Shown piece by piece: positions 24,397 to 34,722 of a DNA stretch of 49,849 bases. Position 1 is the stretch's first letter; the number at the start of each line of letters is the position of its first letter. This DNA is from Anaerolineae bacterium (GTDB taxonomy: Bacteria > Chloroflexota > Anaerolineae > S140-20), in contig JALUTT010000052.1 in NCBI GenBank assembly GCA_027021705.1, forward strand, positions 1-49,849, in the 5' to 3' direction. The position numbers and the translations under genes are program-made. The notes under the pieces were generated by a model, which did not search any database, was not told the DNA's origin, and saw only the letters and a program-made list of their open reading frames with translations.

Positions 24397-26700
24397 ATGG
24401 AGATTCAGGCTCGCAACTTTCAGCAAGGTGACGAGGTGGCCTTGGCCGCCCTCATCAACGCCTGCGATCGGGTGGACCAGACCGACGCCTACACCACGCC
24501 GGAGCGGATCGCCCACGAGTGGCAGGACGAGACCTTCCAGCCGGAGCGGGATGGCTTCCTCCTCCTCGCCCGGGAGGGAACCCAGGAGCGGTTGGTGGCT
24601 GCCGGTGCCGTCCTCTTCGATGGCCGGCCGACCGACGGGGAGTACGTGGTCTTCGGCTGGCTGCTCGTCCACCCCGACCGGCGCGGTCAGGGGCTGGAGC
24701 AGCGGCTCTTGACACTCCTCGACCGCCGGGCCGGCGAGATGGTCGCCCCGCTGCCGGCCGGCCTCCCCCGCGCCCTGCGGATCGGCTGCCCTGAGCAGGT
24801 CACCACCACCCGACAGGCGCTGGAGGCCTTTGGGATGGTGCCGGTGCGCACCTTCCACACGATGGAATACGCCCCCCTCGATGAGAGCCTGCCGACCCCG
24901 GCCCCGCCCCCCGGCGTCCGGCTGCGCCTTTACCGGGAGGAGGACGACGAGCCCCTGTGTCGGGCCTTCAACGCCGCCTTCGCCGACCACTGGGGTGCGC
25001 ACCCCGTCAGCGCCGACCAGTGGGCCCGGTGGTTCAAAGCCCCTCCCTGGCGACCGGACCTCTGGATCGTCGCCGAGGAGGAGGGCAGCGGCGAGATCGT
25101 CGGCTTCTGCCTGGGCCGCATTGACCCCGAGGGCAACGCGGTCTACGGTCGGCAGGTGGGCTGGATCGAGGACCTGGGGGTCTGCCGCCCCTGGCGCCGG
25201 CGCGGGCTGGGCACGGCCCTCCTGCTGCGAGGGATGATCGCCCTGCGGGAGGCCGGGATGACGGCAGCCCGGCTGGGGGTGGACGCCACCAGCCTCACCG
25301 GGGCCAACCGGCTCTATGAGCGGGTGGGCTACCGGGTGATCCGCCGTCATCGGATCTACCTCAAGCCCATCCCCTTCGCGCCCGCCCTCACCCCCCGCAC
25401 CCTGGAGGGAGGGCTGGTGCTCCGCCAGGGCCGGCCCCAGGACCGGGAGGCCCTGGTCGCCTTCAACCGAGAGCAACTGGTCGAGGAGGAGGAAGAGGAC
25501 GAGGATGAGGACACCGATGCCATCATCGCCGATTGGACCCGCACCCTCCTCGGCGGATGGCACCCCACCACCGGGCCGGCCTGCTTCACCGTCGTCGAGG
25601 TGCCGGAGGAGGATCGGATCGTCTCCTCGGCGGTGCTCATCCCCCAGCGCTGGAGCTACGAGGAGGTGCCCTTCGGCGTGGGGCGGATGGAGTTGGTGAG
25701 CACCCACCCCGACTACCGCCGACGGGGGCTGGTCCGCGCCCAGTTCGAGGTCCTGCACGGCTGGTGCCAGGAGCACGACCTGCCCGTCCAGGCCATCACG
25801 GGCATCCCCTATTTCTACCGTCGGTTCGGCTACGGGTACGCCCTGGAGTTGGGCGGCGGATACCGGCTCCCGCCGTCGGCGGTGCCCTCGCGGAAAGGGG
25901 ACGAGGAAGCGCCCTTCGCCCTGCGCGATGCGACGCTGGAGGACCTACCGGCGCTGATGGCCTTCTACGAGCGGGCCTGCCGGGGCTCTCTGGTCCGCTG
26001 CCTGCGGAGCGAGGCGGTCTGGCGCTACCTGCTGACCCACGCCGTGGGCGACCGCTACCAGGTCATCGTGGACGGCGAGGGGAAGCCCGTCGGCTACCTG
26101 GCGACCTTCCAGCAACTGTGGCGGTCCGGCTACCCCCTGCGGGAGTTGGCGGTGGGAGAGGGGGTGGCGCTGGCGGCGGTGCTGCCGCCGGTGGTGCGGG
26201 CCCTGGGGGAGCAGGGGGAGGCGTTGGCCAAGAAGGCCGGGAAGCCCCTGGCGGGGCTCTTCTTCGCCCAGCAGCCGGCCCGTCTGGCCGCCTCCTGGCT
26301 GCGGGCCCATCACGCCGTGCCCCGGCCGGCCTACGCCTGGTACCTCCGCGTGGCCGACCTGGCCGCCTTCCTGCGCCGGATCGGGCCGGCCCTGGAACGC
26401 CGCCTGGCCAACTCGATCCTCGTCGGTCATACCGGTGAGCTGCGGCTGGACTTCTACACGGGAGGGCTGCGGCTGGCCTTCGAGGAGGGCCGGCTGGCGG
26501 AGGCGGAGAACCTGCCCCCCGGCGTGGAGAAGCCCCAGGCCGGCTTCCCGCCGGGGACCTTCCTCGCCCTCCTCTTCGGCTACCGCTCGCTAGACGACCT
26601 GCGGCGGGCCTATCCCGACGTCTGGACGGAGGGAGAGGCTCAGATGCTCTTGGAAGCCCTCTTCCCCCCACGCCCCTCCTGGGTCCTGCCGCTGCACTGA
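24397..26700 (+). CDS. Multi-domain GNAT acetyltransferase: tandem GNAT (MshD-like) half fused to an Eis-like half
   Basis: Acetyl-CoA motifs VHPDRRGQGL, VCRPWRRRGLG, THPDYRRRGL; GIPYFYRRFGY; SCP2-like C-terminus (ALLFGYRSL). ATG at 24397 after GGAG. Confidence 0.85.
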   Translation: MEIQARNFQQGDEVALAALINACDRVDQTDAYTTPERIAHEWQDETFQPERDGFLLLAREGTQERLVAAGAVLFDGRPTDGEYVVFGWLLVHPDRRGQGLEQRLLTLLDRRAGEMVAPLPAGLPRALRIGCPEQVTTTRQALEAFGMVPVRTFHTMEYAPLDESLPTPAPPPGVRLRLYREEDDEPLCRAFNAAFADHWGAHPVSADQWARWFKAPPWRPDLWIVAEEEGSGEIVGFCLGRIDPEGNAVYGRQVGWIEDLGVCRPWRRRGLGTALLLRGMIALREAGMTAARLGVDATSLTGANRLYERVGYRVIRRHRIYLKPIPFAPALTPRTLEGGLVLRQGRPQDREALVAFNREQLVEEEEEDEDEDTDAIIADWTRTLLGGWHPTTGPACFTVVEVPEEDRIVSSAVLIPQRWSYEEVPFGVGRMELVSTHPDYRRRGLVRAQFEVLHGWCQEHDLPVQAITGIPYFYRRFGYGYALELGGGYRLPPSAVPSRKGDEEAPFALRDATLEDLPALMAFYERACRGSLVRCLRSEAVWRYLLTHAVGDRYQVIVDGEGKPVGYLATFQQLWRSGYPLRELAVGEGVALAAVLPPVVRALGEQGEALAKKAGKPLAGLFFAQQPARLAASWLRAHHAVPRPAYAWYLRVADLAAFLRRIGPALERRLANSILVGHTGELRLDFYTGGLRLAFEEGRLAEAENLPPGVEKPQAGFPPGTFLALLFGYRSLDDLRRAYPDVWTEGEAQMLLEALFPPRPSWVLPLH

Positions 26701-26710
26701 GGGCGTACAA

Positions 26711-26742
26711 AGCGGGTTGCGGACGTCGGTCCGCAACCCGCT
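26711..26742. terminator. 14-bp perfect hairpin between convergent genes (bidirectional terminator or REP-like)
   Basis: AGCGGGTTGCGGAC-GTCG-GTCCGCAACCCGCT. Confidence 0.65.
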
Positions 26743-26766
26743 CGATGGTCCCTACCGCCGCCGGAA

Positions 26767-28182
26767 CTAGGGCGCAGCCTCCTCCAGCACCTGGTTGGCC
26801 TCCTCCTCCAGTGCGGCCAGGGTCTCCACGACATCCGCACCCTCGACGATCTTGGTCATCGCCTCCTCGATGAGGTCGCGGACCACGTCGTAGCCGGCCA
26901 CGGGCGGCTCGGTCTTGCCGTACTTGAGGAGCTCGAAGGCCTTGGCGTAGGCGGGGTTCTCGGCGAAGTAGTCCTTCATCCCCTCGGCCACCGACTTGCG
27001 GACGGGGAAGTAGTTGGAGACCTTGGCCCACTTGGCCTGCTGCTCCGGCTCGGTGAACCACTTGAGGAAGAGCCAGGCGGCCAACTGGCGCTCCGGCGTC
27101 GTCTTCAGGACGGAGATGCTGGCCCCGTAGATGTTCTGGACCGGATCCGGCGTGGTGTGGGGCAGCGGGGCCACGCTCCAGTTGAAGTTGGCTCCCTCGG
27201 AGACGGCGTCCTTGTAGTAGGGGAGACCGGAGGAGGAACCGATGGTGAAGAGGAGCTTGCCGGCGCCGAAGTCGGCCTGGTCCCCGTACCGCTCCGCCAC
27301 CAGGGTGGCGCAGCCGTCGGCGAAGAGCTCCTGCAGGAACTTCATCGTGTCCTGGGCCTCAGGCGTGTTCAGCGTGTAGGCCGTCTGGTCCTCGTTCATC
27401 AGGTCGCCGCCCCGGCTGAAGACCATCGAGGCGAAGCGGGAGGTGTCCACGGAGAGCTCGTAGCCCATACCCTCCCCAGGCCCCTTGGAGAAGGGCTGCT
27501 CCACCGCCTTGCAGGCCATCTCCCGGAACTCCTCCCAGGTCTCCGGCGGCTTGTCATAGCCCAGCTCCTTGAGCCAGTCCTCGTTGTAGTACATTACCTC
27601 CATCGAGCGGTTGGGCGGGAAGCCCAGGCGCATACCGTCCAGCTGGGCGCTGATGTCCTGGTTCAAGAAGGCGGGGAAGAAGTCCTGCAGCTCCTCCTCG
27701 GTGAAGCCCCAGGTGGGGCTGGTGACGTAGGGGTTCAGGTCTTCGACCGCCCCGGCGATGGCGTAAGAGGCGGCCTGGTTCTGGTAGGCCACGACCAGGT
27801 CGGGCACCTCACCGGCGGCGATGGCGGTCAGCATCTTCTCGTAGATCTGGCCGTAGTGGCCCTGGTACTCCCCGACGACGGTGATGCCCCACTCGTTGGT
27901 CTCGTTGAACTCCTGGATCATCTCCTGGAGCACCTCTTCCCGCTTGCGGGAGTGCTGGTACCAGTAGGTGATCGTCTGGCCACTGGGATCAATGCCCGCC
28001 AGAGGATCCTCCGGCCCTGCCGTCGGTGTGGGGGGCTTCGTTGGCTCCATCGGCTTTTCGGGAGCCTTGGTGGGCGCCGCCGGCGCTTCTGTGGGCTGAG
28101 CTGCACCGCCGCAGGCTGTCAGCAAGGCCGAGACAGCCATAATCAGCAGCAAAGCGATGGCCCATAGTTTGTTGAGCTTCAT
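26767..28182 (-). CDS. Carbohydrate / glycerol-3-phosphate ABC transporter substrate-binding lipoprotein (UgpB-like)
   Basis: AAGGAGG RBS; lipobox LLTAC; MYYNEDWLKELG, PPETWEEF, AAWLFLKWFT motifs. Confidence 0.92.
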   Translation of the reverse strand: MKLNKLWAIALLLIMAVSALLTACGGAAQPTEAPAAPTKAPEKPMEPTKPPTPTAGPEDPLAGIDPSGQTITYWYQHSRKREEVLQEMIQEFNETNEWGITVVGEYQGHYGQIYEKMLTAIAAGEVPDLVVAYQNQAASYAIAGAVEDLNPYVTSPTWGFTEEELQDFFPAFLNQDISAQLDGMRLGFPPNRSMEVMYYNEDWLKELGYDKPPETWEEFREMACKAVEQPFSKGPGEGMGYELSVDTSRFASMVFSRGGDLMNEDQTAYTLNTPEAQDTMKFLQELFADGCATLVAERYGDQADFGAGKLLFTIGSSSGLPYYKDAVSEGANFNWSVAPLPHTTPDPVQNIYGASISVLKTTPERQLAAWLFLKWFTEPEQQAKWAKVSNYFPVRKSVAEGMKDYFAENPAYAKAFELLKYGKTEPPVAGYDVVRDLIEEAMTKIVEGADVVETLAALEEEANQVLEEAAP

Positions 28183-28394
28183 TTGTTTCTCCTCCTTAAG
28201 GAAAGCTTCCGAGATAAGAGATCCCATTGAGGGTGGTGACAACTGGACCGGGTCCGGGCCCGCCTTTCCCGTTGGCCGTGAGCCAATCCGCGCGGGCCCC
28301 CTTGCATCACGATGGTTGGCGGTGGCATCACCTCCTTCCAGTGGTCTTGTTTCCAGTGGTCTTGTTTGGATTCCTGGCTACTCGACGATGGTTA

Positions 28395-28487
28395 CCCTCC
28401 CGCAGGTCACGCGATACCCGACGACAGCAATGGCCTATCAGAGGCTGCCTTGACACACTCCAGGCCGTGGGGGAACCTGCGGGAGGG
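28395..28487. mobile_element. 93-bp TIR element (CCCTCCCGCAGG family), copy A
   Basis: CCCTCCCGCAGGT ... ACCTGCGGGAGGG. Confidence 0.75.
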
Positions 28488-28501
28488 TCCACATTGGGGT
28501 T

Positions 28502-29368
28502 CTATCCTTTCAGGCCGCTGGTGATGATGCTCTCGGTGAACTGACGCTGGGCCAGGAAGTAGACGAGCAGCACCGGGATGATGGCGATGACCGCCCCGGC
28601 CATCATCAGGTGGGTATCCGGCCCCGCCTCGGTGATGAAGCTGTAGAGGCCCACGGAGATGGGGCGCCAGGTGGGGGTGCGGGTGGCAATGAGCGGCCAC
28701 TGCAGTTCGTTCCAGGCGAAGATGAAGGTCAGCGTCGCCACCGTCATCAGCGGGGCACGGGAGAGGGGAACCACCACCAGAAAGAGGAAGCGGATGTGGC
28801 CCGCGCCGTCAATGAGCGCCGCGTCGTACAGGTCCTTGGGCACCTGGGCGAAGAACTGACGTAACAGGAAGATGCTGAAGGGACTGCTCATAAAGGGGAT
28901 CGTCAGGGCGGCCAGCTTGTCGTACCAGCCCAGCGTCTTGATGATGAGGAAATTGGGGATGAAGGTCACGGCGGCCGGGATCATCATCGTGGAGAGGAAG
29001 AGCATAAAGATGACGTCTCGCCCGACGAACTCCATCCGGGCAAAGGCGTAGGCCGCCAGCGTGCAGATGAAGAGCTGCCCGAAGACGGTGACCAGGGTGA
29101 TGATAACGCTGTTGCGAAAGTAGAGGCTGAACCGAGCTTCCTGCCAGGCGTCCACGTAGTTGCCGAACTGGATCTGGCTCGGCAAGAGCACGCGGAGGTA
29201 AACCTCCCCTCGAGTCATGAAGGAGGTCAGGATCATCCACACCAGAGGGATGACCGCCGCCAGCGCCCCTATGGTCAGGATCAGGTAAAGCAGCACCCGT
29301 AGAGGATGGATCGGCCAGCGGCGGACGGGCCGGGGCTGGGCCGGGAGGGCCTGACTCTGGCTAGCCAT
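28502..29368 (-). CDS. Carbohydrate ABC transporter permease (UgpE/MalG-like)
   Basis: [20 protein letters not shown]-loop [15 protein letters not shown] end; ATG overlaps the upstream stop region. Confidence 0.93.
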   Translation of the reverse strand: MASQSQALPAQPRPVRRWPIHPLRVLLYLILTIGALAAVIPLVWMILTSFMTRGEVYLRVLLPSQIQFGNYVDAWQEARFSLYFRNSVIITLVTVFGQLFICTLAAYAFARMEFVGRDVIFMLFLSTMMIPAAVTFIPNFLIIKTLGWYDKLAALTIPFMSSPFSIFLLRQFFAQVPKDLYDAALIDGAGHIRFLFLVVVPLSRAPLMTVATLTFIFAWNELQWPLIATRTPTWRPISVGLYSFITEAGPDTHLMMAGAVIAIIPVLLVYFLAQRQFTESIITSGLKG

Positions 29369-30551
29369 AGAAGACTTTCTCCCCGATGACGCGGTTCTGG
29401 ATAAGGGTGAGCGAGAGGATGATGGCAAAGAGGATGAAGGCCAAAGCCGAGGCGTACCCATAGCGGGTCGCCTTGAAGAAGTTGTCGAAGATGTAGATGC
29501 TAACCGTGTCCACCGTCCGCTGGGCACCCGGGGTACGCATCACGTAGATGTGGGTGAAGGCCTTGAAGGTGCCGATGACGGCGACCATGCTCAGGAAGAA
29601 GGTGGTGGGGGAGAGGAGGGGCAGGGTGATGTGGCGGAAGAGCGCCCACCGTCCGGCCCCGTCAATCTTGGCCGCTTCGTAGAGCTCGGCGGGGATATTC
29701 CCCAGTCCCGCCAGGAAGATCACCGCGTCGTAGCCGACGAAGACCCAGATGTTGTAGAGCATCACCGAGACGAGGGCCAGGCTGGGACCACCCAGCCAAC
29801 TGGGGATCTCCAGCCCCGCCAGGTTGGTCAGGACTAGGTTGACCCCCTTGGGCTCGTAGAGCCACTTCATCGTGGGCAGGCCGATGGCGCTCAGGAAGAG
29901 GTTGGCCAACCCCTCATCGCGGGGGGTGAAGACGATGCCCCGGAAGACGGCGGCCGAGGCGACAACCGGCGTCACGTAGGTCATGAAGTAGATCATCCGG
30001 TAGAAGTCCTGGCCGCGCACGTTCTGGAAAAGGAGGTAGGCTAAGACCAAGGCGAGGGCCAGCTGGACGGGCACGGTGCCAACGGAGTAGAAGACGGTGA
30101 CGGAGATGGCCCGGAAGAGCCGGATGTCCCCCGTCTCCAGCATCACCGGGAACCCCGTCCACACGGCCCAGCCGGCGGCCATCAGGAAGATGGCGGTAAT
30201 CAGGCCGAAGATGAGACGTCGGTCGGAGGCGGCCTGGGTCGCCCGACGCCACACCCACCAGGCCAGGAGCAGGAGGAAGAGCCCCAGGATGAAGATGGCG
30301 AAGCCTCGGGGCTCGCCCAGAGCCCTCAGGTAGTGCCGGAATCCTAGGAAGGCCCCTTTCTTGACCCGCCACTTGTGGAGGCTGACGTAGACGGCGTAGA
30401 GGACGGGCAAAAGGCCAAAGGTCAGGGTGATGAGCGTCGCGGGGCTGATGAAGAGGTAGGCGAGGAGGTTTTCCTGAAGGCGTCGCTTCGTGCGGCCCGT
30501 CAACAACCCCTGACGGGCCACGGCTGGCGTCGTCCGGGTGTAGGAGGTCAT
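29361..30551 (-). CDS. Carbohydrate ABC transporter permease (UgpA/MalF-like)
   Basis: [39 protein letters not shown]. Confidence 0.93.
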   Translation of the reverse strand: MTSYTRTTPAVARQGLLTGRTKRRLQENLLAYLFISPATLITLTFGLLPVLYAVYVSLHKWRVKKGAFLGFRHYLRALGEPRGFAIFILGLFLLLLAWWVWRRATQAASDRRLIFGLITAIFLMAAGWAVWTGFPVMLETGDIRLFRAISVTVFYSVGTVPVQLALALVLAYLLFQNVRGQDFYRMIYFMTYVTPVVASAAVFRGIVFTPRDEGLANLFLSAIGLPTMKWLYEPKGVNLVLTNLAGLEIPSWLGGPSLALVSVMLYNIWVFVGYDAVIFLAGLGNIPAELYEAAKIDGAGRWALFRHITLPLLSPTTFFLSMVAVIGTFKAFTHIYVMRTPGAQRTVDTVSIYIFDNFFKATRYGYASALAFILFAIILSLTLIQNRVIGEKVFYG

Positions 30552-30616
30552 AGCCTGTCCTTTCGGGCGGATGCTGAACCGGCGACTGATACCAGACTTG
30601 CTCTTCAGTTGTCCTG

Positions 30617-30645
30617 AGTTTAACGCATATCGGCCTAATTGTCAA
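30617..30645 (-). promoter_or_regulatory. Sigma70-type promoter for the ABC operon
   Basis: TTGACA-N17-TAAACT on the minus strand. Confidence 0.65.
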
Positions 30646-30680
30646 CCGTTCAGGCCGGTGATCGGCCTACAAGGGGGTGT

Positions 30681-31163
30681 TCAAAAGATCCACTGGGCGA
30701 AGGCACCGGCCAGCAGTGGGACAACCAGCCCCATCCCCCAGCGGACGGCGGTGAAGCGCCAGCCCATAAAGGGGACCTCGAAGCCCAGCCGCAGCAGCGC
30801 CACCATCGCCCAGGAGGTCACCAGCGTCACCGCCGGCCCCAGCCCTGCGCCGGCCTCGTAGAGGGTGGCGATGAGGGGGAAGACGACATAAGGACCACCG
30901 GGCAGCAGGATGCCGGCCGCCTCGCTCAGCAGCAGCCCCGTCCAGCCGGACCCCGGCCCGATCCACGCCTGGACCAGCCGCTGAGGGGCCAAAACGTCCA
31001 CGTACCCAACGATGAGAAAGGCGGCGATGAGGAGGGGCAGAGTGCGCCGTAGCGTCCGCCAGCCCTCGACGACCCCCCGCCGATGGCTGCCGTCGCCCCG
31101 CTGCCAGGCGTGGAGCCAGAGGAGCAAGGCCAGGCCACCCAGGAGGAGCGTGACGGTGTTCAC
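30681..31163 (-). CDS. Predicted permease half (DUF318/ArsP-like)
   Basis: GTG start overlaps the upstream TGA; WIGPGSGWTG, LPGGPYVVFPL; paralogous to 31160..31687. Confidence 0.75.
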   Translation of the reverse strand: MNTVTLLLGGLALLLWLHAWQRGDGSHRRGVVEGWRTLRRTLPLLIAAFLIVGYVDVLAPQRLVQAWIGPGSGWTGLLLSEAAGILLPGGPYVVFPLIATLYEAGAGLGPAVTLVTSWAMVALLRLGFEVPFMGWRFTAVRWGMGLVVPLLAGAFAQWIF

Positions 31164-31687
31164 GGGGCTACTGCCTTTCGGATGCGCTCCATCTGCTGAC
31201 CGAAGAGGGTCTCGGCCAGCAGCCCCATCAGCGGCGGGACGGGGAGGGTGACAAGGAGGCGGATCAAGGTCAGGTGAGCTCCCAGCAGAGCGAACTCCAA
31301 GGGCAGCCGCGTCACCGACCAGAGGTTCTTGGCGGTGACGAAGGCCACCAGCACGCCCAGCCCCGCCCCCGACCGCATCAGAGCCGCCGCGATGGGGTAG
31401 TAGGCGTAAGGGCCGCCGGGGATCAGGGCTCCTCCCAGGCAGGCCAGGGCAATCCCTTGCCAGCCCGACTCGGCCCCCAGCCAACGGGCGGCCCGGTCGC
31501 GGGTCACCAGCGTCTGGACGAGCCCGGCGATGAGGAAGGCGAAGACCAACAGCGGGATGACGCTCACCAGCGTCCGACCGCCGTCCACGAAGCCGGCCAG
31601 GACCAGGGCAGGCCCTCCCTGCCACCAGGCGATGCCGGCCAGAAGGGCCGCCACGAAGATTAGGGCGATGGTCGTGCGGTCAGGCAT
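31160..31687 (-). CDS. Predicted permease half (DUF318/ArsP-like)
   Basis: GGAGAG RBS; WLGAESGWQG, IPGGPYAYYPI, LPLEFALLG. Confidence 0.75.
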   Translation of the reverse strand: MPDRTTIALIFVAALLAGIAWWQGGPALVLAGFVDGGRTLVSVIPLLVFAFLIAGLVQTLVTRDRAARWLGAESGWQGIALACLGGALIPGGPYAYYPIAAALMRSGAGLGVLVAFVTAKNLWSVTRLPLEFALLGAHLTLIRLLVTLPVPPLMGLLAETLFGQQMERIRKAVAP

Positions 31688-31700
31688 AGCTCTCTCCGGG

Positions 31701-31755
31701 TTTGGTCGGGTGGTCGCTTGGTCGCTTGGTCGGGTGGCCGGGTGGCCCTCGGTCT
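31701..31755. repeat. Short octamer tract (GGTCGGGT / GGTCGCTT)
   Basis: Same octamers as the 46716..47100 tract. Confidence 0.7.
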
Positions 31756-32529
31756 TCACCCCTCGGTTCCTTGCTCCGGGGAGCCCAGCAGGTCGTAGAG
31801 GGTGCGCCGCAGATAGTTGAGGTGCAGCAGCCGCAGCAGGGGACCGACCAGTTGCCGGAAGCGCTGGTAGCGGGCCATCCTCTCCGCTTCTTCGCCGCCG
31901 TCCTGGCAGAGGCCGGCGAAGAGGGCGCGTTCGTGTCGGGCTACCTCTTGGGCCCAGCGGGCGTAGAAGCGCAGGTCCTCCGGCGTGAAGCCCATCGCCA
32001 GCAGGCCGGCCAGCACCCGGAGCAGGTGGACCGCCTCTTCGTCGAAGCGGCCCGTCTTGGGGCAAGGGAGCACCAGGCCCAGCGCCTCCAGCTCGCGGAC
32101 CTGGGCCTCTGTCAGGCCGGCCTGGGCGGCGGCCTCCGATCGGGAGAGGGGATGGAAAGCAGGGTCGAAGGCTTCCTCGTGAAGAGTGCGCTCCATCACG
32201 AGGAAGCGGTAGGTGGGGTCCTCTTCCATCCGTTGGAGCAGCGCCTTGATGGTCTCCAAGGGGAGCCGGCGGTGGGTGCGCAGCTCCAGGATGAGACGCA
32301 GCCGTTCAACGTCGGCGGGGCAGTAGAGACGGTGACCGCCAGGGGTGCGGCGAGGGGTGATCAACCCCTCCCGCTCCCAGAAATGCAGCTTGCTGGCGGT
32401 GACCTCGGGGCAGCTCTCCCGCAGCCGCTCGACCACCTGACCGATGGTGAGCAGCGATTCCGAGGCTAGGCGGTCACTGCCCGCTCCTGCTCCCGTTCCT
32501 CCTGCTCGGCCTTCTGCTCGGCCAGCCAC
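31756..32529 (-). CDS. MerR-family transcriptional regulator (start uncertain)
   Basis: [11 protein letters not shown]...[24 protein letters not shown], plus a second HTH-like segment ([13 protein letters not shown]). Confidence 0.85.
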   Translation of the reverse strand: MAGRAEGRAGGTGAGAGSDRLASESLLTIGQVVERLRESCPEVTASKLHFWEREGLITPRRTPGGHRLYCPADVERLRLILELRTHRRLPLETIKALLQRMEEDPTYRFLVMERTLHEEAFDPAFHPLSRSEAAAQAGLTEAQVRELEALGLVLPCPKTGRFDEEAVHLLRVLAGLLAMGFTPEDLRFYARWAQEVARHERALFAGLCQDGGEEAERMARYQRFRQLVGPLLRLLHLNYLRRTLYDLLGSPEQGTEG

Positions 32530-33473
32530 TTCTCGGCCTCCATCGCTGCCGCCGCTCCCATCCCGGCCGAGGTGACGACTTGGCGAAAGATGGGATCGGC
32601 CACCTCGCCGGCGGCGAAGACCCCCGGCACGTTGGTGTGCATCCGTCGGTCCACCACCAGGTAGCCCCGCTCGTCAATCTCCAACTGCCCCTGAAAGATG
32701 CCCGTGTTGGGGATGTGACCGATGAAGATGAAGACCCCATCAATGGGCATCACCCGCTCCTCGCCCGTCTTCACGTTCTTCAGGCGCACCGCCTCGACCT
32801 TCTCCTCACCGAGGATCTCCGTCACCACGGTATCCCAGATGAAGTCAATCTTCGGGTTGGCGAAGGCCCGTTTCTGGAGGATCTTGCTCGCCCGGAGCTG
32901 GTCCCGCCGGTGAACGACGGTGACCTGGCGGGCGAACTTGGTCAGGAAGAGGCTCTCCTCCATCGCGCTGTCCCCCCCGCCGACGACAACGACCTCTTTG
33001 TCCTGGAAGAACCAGCCGTCACAGGTGGCACAGTAGCTGACGCCCCGGCCGGTCAGCTCCGCCTCGCCGGGCACCTGGAGCTTCCGGGGCGAGGCCCCGG
33101 TGGCGATGATGACGGCGCGGGCCAGGTAGTTGCCGTTGTAGCCGGTCAGCACGAAGGGGTGTTGCTGGAAATCCACCGCCGTGATGGTGTCCAGCTCCAC
33201 ACGAGCACCGAAGCGCTCCGCCTGTTCCTGCATCCGCTGGACCAGTTCCGGCCCCTGGACGCCCTCCGGGAAGCCGGGGTAGTTCTCCACCTCACTGGTG
33301 AGGGCGACCTGACCGCCGATCTCGCTTCCGGTCAGAACCAGCACATCCAGGTGGGCTCGGGCGGCGTAGAGGGCCGCCGTCAGGCCGGCCGGCCCGGAGC
33401 CGATCACGATCACGTCGAACAGCTTATCGGTCGTCGGTTCACCAGCAGCAGGCATTCCCAAACTGAACTCCAT
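32466..33473 (-). CDS. trxB: Thioredoxin-disulfide reductase
   Basis: [41 protein letters not shown] before ATG at 33473. Confidence 0.96.
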   Translation of the reverse strand: MEFSLGMPAAGEPTTDKLFDVIVIGSGPAGLTAALYAARAHLDVLVLTGSEIGGQVALTSEVENYPGFPEGVQGPELVQRMQEQAERFGARVELDTITAVDFQQHPFVLTGYNGNYLARAVIIATGASPRKLQVPGEAELTGRGVSYCATCDGWFFQDKEVVVVGGGDSAMEESLFLTKFARQVTVVHRRDQLRASKILQKRAFANPKIDFIWDTVVTEILGEEKVEAVRLKNVKTGEERVMPIDGVFIFIGHIPNTGIFQGQLEIDERGYLVVDRRMHTNVPGVFAAGEVADPIFRQVVTSAGMGAAAAMEAEKWLAEQKAEQEEREQERAVTA

Positions 33474-33500
33474 CGCGCTCACCTCCTCATCTTTCGTCTT

Positions 33501-33675
33501 TGGTCGAGTAGTCCTTGGTCCTCAGTCCTCAGTCCGCCGCCTGGTCCGGTGGTCGGCGGTCGGTCAGGCAGTCCTCGGTCCTCAGTCCTCAGTCCACCGC
33601 TTGGTCCGGTGATCGGCGGTCGGTCGGGCAGTCCTCGGCCCTCGGTGCCTCCCCTGGTCGGCGGTCGGCGGTCGG
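33501..33675. repeat. Heptamer-based tract (GTCCTCA / GGTCGGC) with a 60-bp tandem duplication
   Basis: 33517-33576 and 33577-33636 are near-identical; lies in the groES-trxB intergenic region. Confidence 0.85.
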
Positions 33676-33676
33676 T

Positions 33677-33710
33677 AAAGAAGAGCCCCACGCGCTCCAC
33701 CGTGGGGCCC
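33677..33710 (-). terminator. Probable intrinsic terminator after groES
   Basis: GCCCCACG / CGTGGGGC stem followed by TCTTCTTT on the minus strand. Confidence 0.55.
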
Positions 33711-33735
33711 TCCGCTGGCCGGAGAGAAGGGCGGA

Positions 33736-34011
33736 TCAATCTTCCACGATCCGCGCCAGGACGTCCGATTCGTCCATCAACAGGTACTCTACCCCTCCGA
33801 TCTTGATCTCCGTGCCGGTGTACTTGGGGAAGATCACCTTATCGCCCACGGCCAGGTTCGTGGACATCTCCTCTTCGTCCCCTACGGCCTCTACGATCCC
33901 CTGCTGAGGCTTTTCCTTGGCCGTCTCCGGGATGTAGATGCCGCTCTCCGTCACGGTCTCCTGGTCCAACGGGCGAATGAGTACACGAGCACCCAACGGT
34001 TCGATCTTCAT
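33736..34011 (-). CDS. groES: Co-chaperonin GroES
   Basis: MKIEPLGARVLIRP, TESGIYIPETAKEKPQQG, VGDKVIFPKYTGTE; GAAGGAGG RBS. Confidence 0.95.
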   Translation of the reverse strand: MKIEPLGARVLIRPLDQETVTESGIYIPETAKEKPQQGIVEAVGDEEEMSTNLAVGDKVIFPKYTGTEIKIGGVEYLLMDESDVLARIVED

Positions 34012-34114
34012 CGCTTCCTCCTCCTTCAGCGTAAGGTTTTCGGGATTGGTGCGAATCCGGGATCCCCTCAACTTGTTTGCCTCGGTGTCTCCCGCGCCTC
34101 GGGGGCGGGTTGCA

Positions 34115-34375
34115 TCACTTGAGCCCTAGGAGCCGATCAATCTTCTCCCGGTTGAAGCCCACGACGATCTTCCCGCCGATGTCCAGCACGGGGACCCCCG
34201 ACTGGCCGCTGCGCCGGACCATATCCCGCGCCGCTGCCGGGTCTCGGGAGACATCCACATCCTTGAAGCGGATGCCGCGCTGGCGCAGGTAGCGTTTGGC
34301 CGCCCGGCAGTAGGTGCAGGTGGGCGTGGTGAAGATGATCACACGGGGTTGCTTCTTCTTCCTCGCTGTCGCCAT
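34115..34375 (-). CDS. Glutaredoxin-like protein (YruB/NrdH-like)
   Basis: FTTPTCTYC, SGQSGVPVLDIGG, VGFN. Confidence 0.9.
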   Translation of the reverse strand: MATARKKKQPRVIIFTTPTCTYCRAAKRYLRQRGIRFKDVDVSRDPAAARDMVRRSGQSGVPVLDIGGKIVVGFNREKIDRLLGLK

Positions 34376-34430
34376 AGCCCTCTCTGTCTCCTCCTCCCGC
34401 GATGGGCTTCCCGGCCCAGGGCCGGGTATA

Positions 34431-34459
34431 ACTATACCTCAGACCTCTTAGATGCGCAA
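34431..34459 (-). promoter_or_regulatory. Putative promoter for grx-groES
   Basis: TTGCGC-N17-TATAGT on the minus strand. Confidence 0.5.
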
Positions 34460-34501
34460 GTCGCCGAAAGGTTTCATAGGGCTCCCCAATGCTCTACTGG
34501 C

Positions 34502-34596
34502 CCCTCCCGCAGGCCACGCGGTGCCCGGCAACTGCCTCAGCCCATCGAAGGCCGTCTACGACGCGCTTCGGGCCGTGGGGGGGACCTGCGGGAGGG
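34502..34596. mobile_element. 95-bp TIR element (CCCTCCCGCAGG family), copy B
   Basis: CCCTCCCGCAGG ... CCTGCGGGAGGG; interior alignable with copy A. Confidence 0.75.
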
Positions 34597-34722
34597 TTCC
34601 CCCCAAGGGTTAGAGCGCCGAAAGGTCCTGAAGGTTTCACCAAAGGCCCGGCACCGTTGAGATGCCGGGCCAGGTAGGAGCTCCCTCCGGGGAGGAAGCG
34701 GACGGGAGCCGGGGGGTGGATG

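Noticed and set aside
28179..28365. AAGGAGGTG-ATG upstream ORF and 15-bp direct repeat before the substrate-binding protein gene
   Set aside because: SD-to-ATG spacing is too short and the peptide is featureless; the TTCCAGTGGTCTTGT duplication alone is not enough to call an operator.
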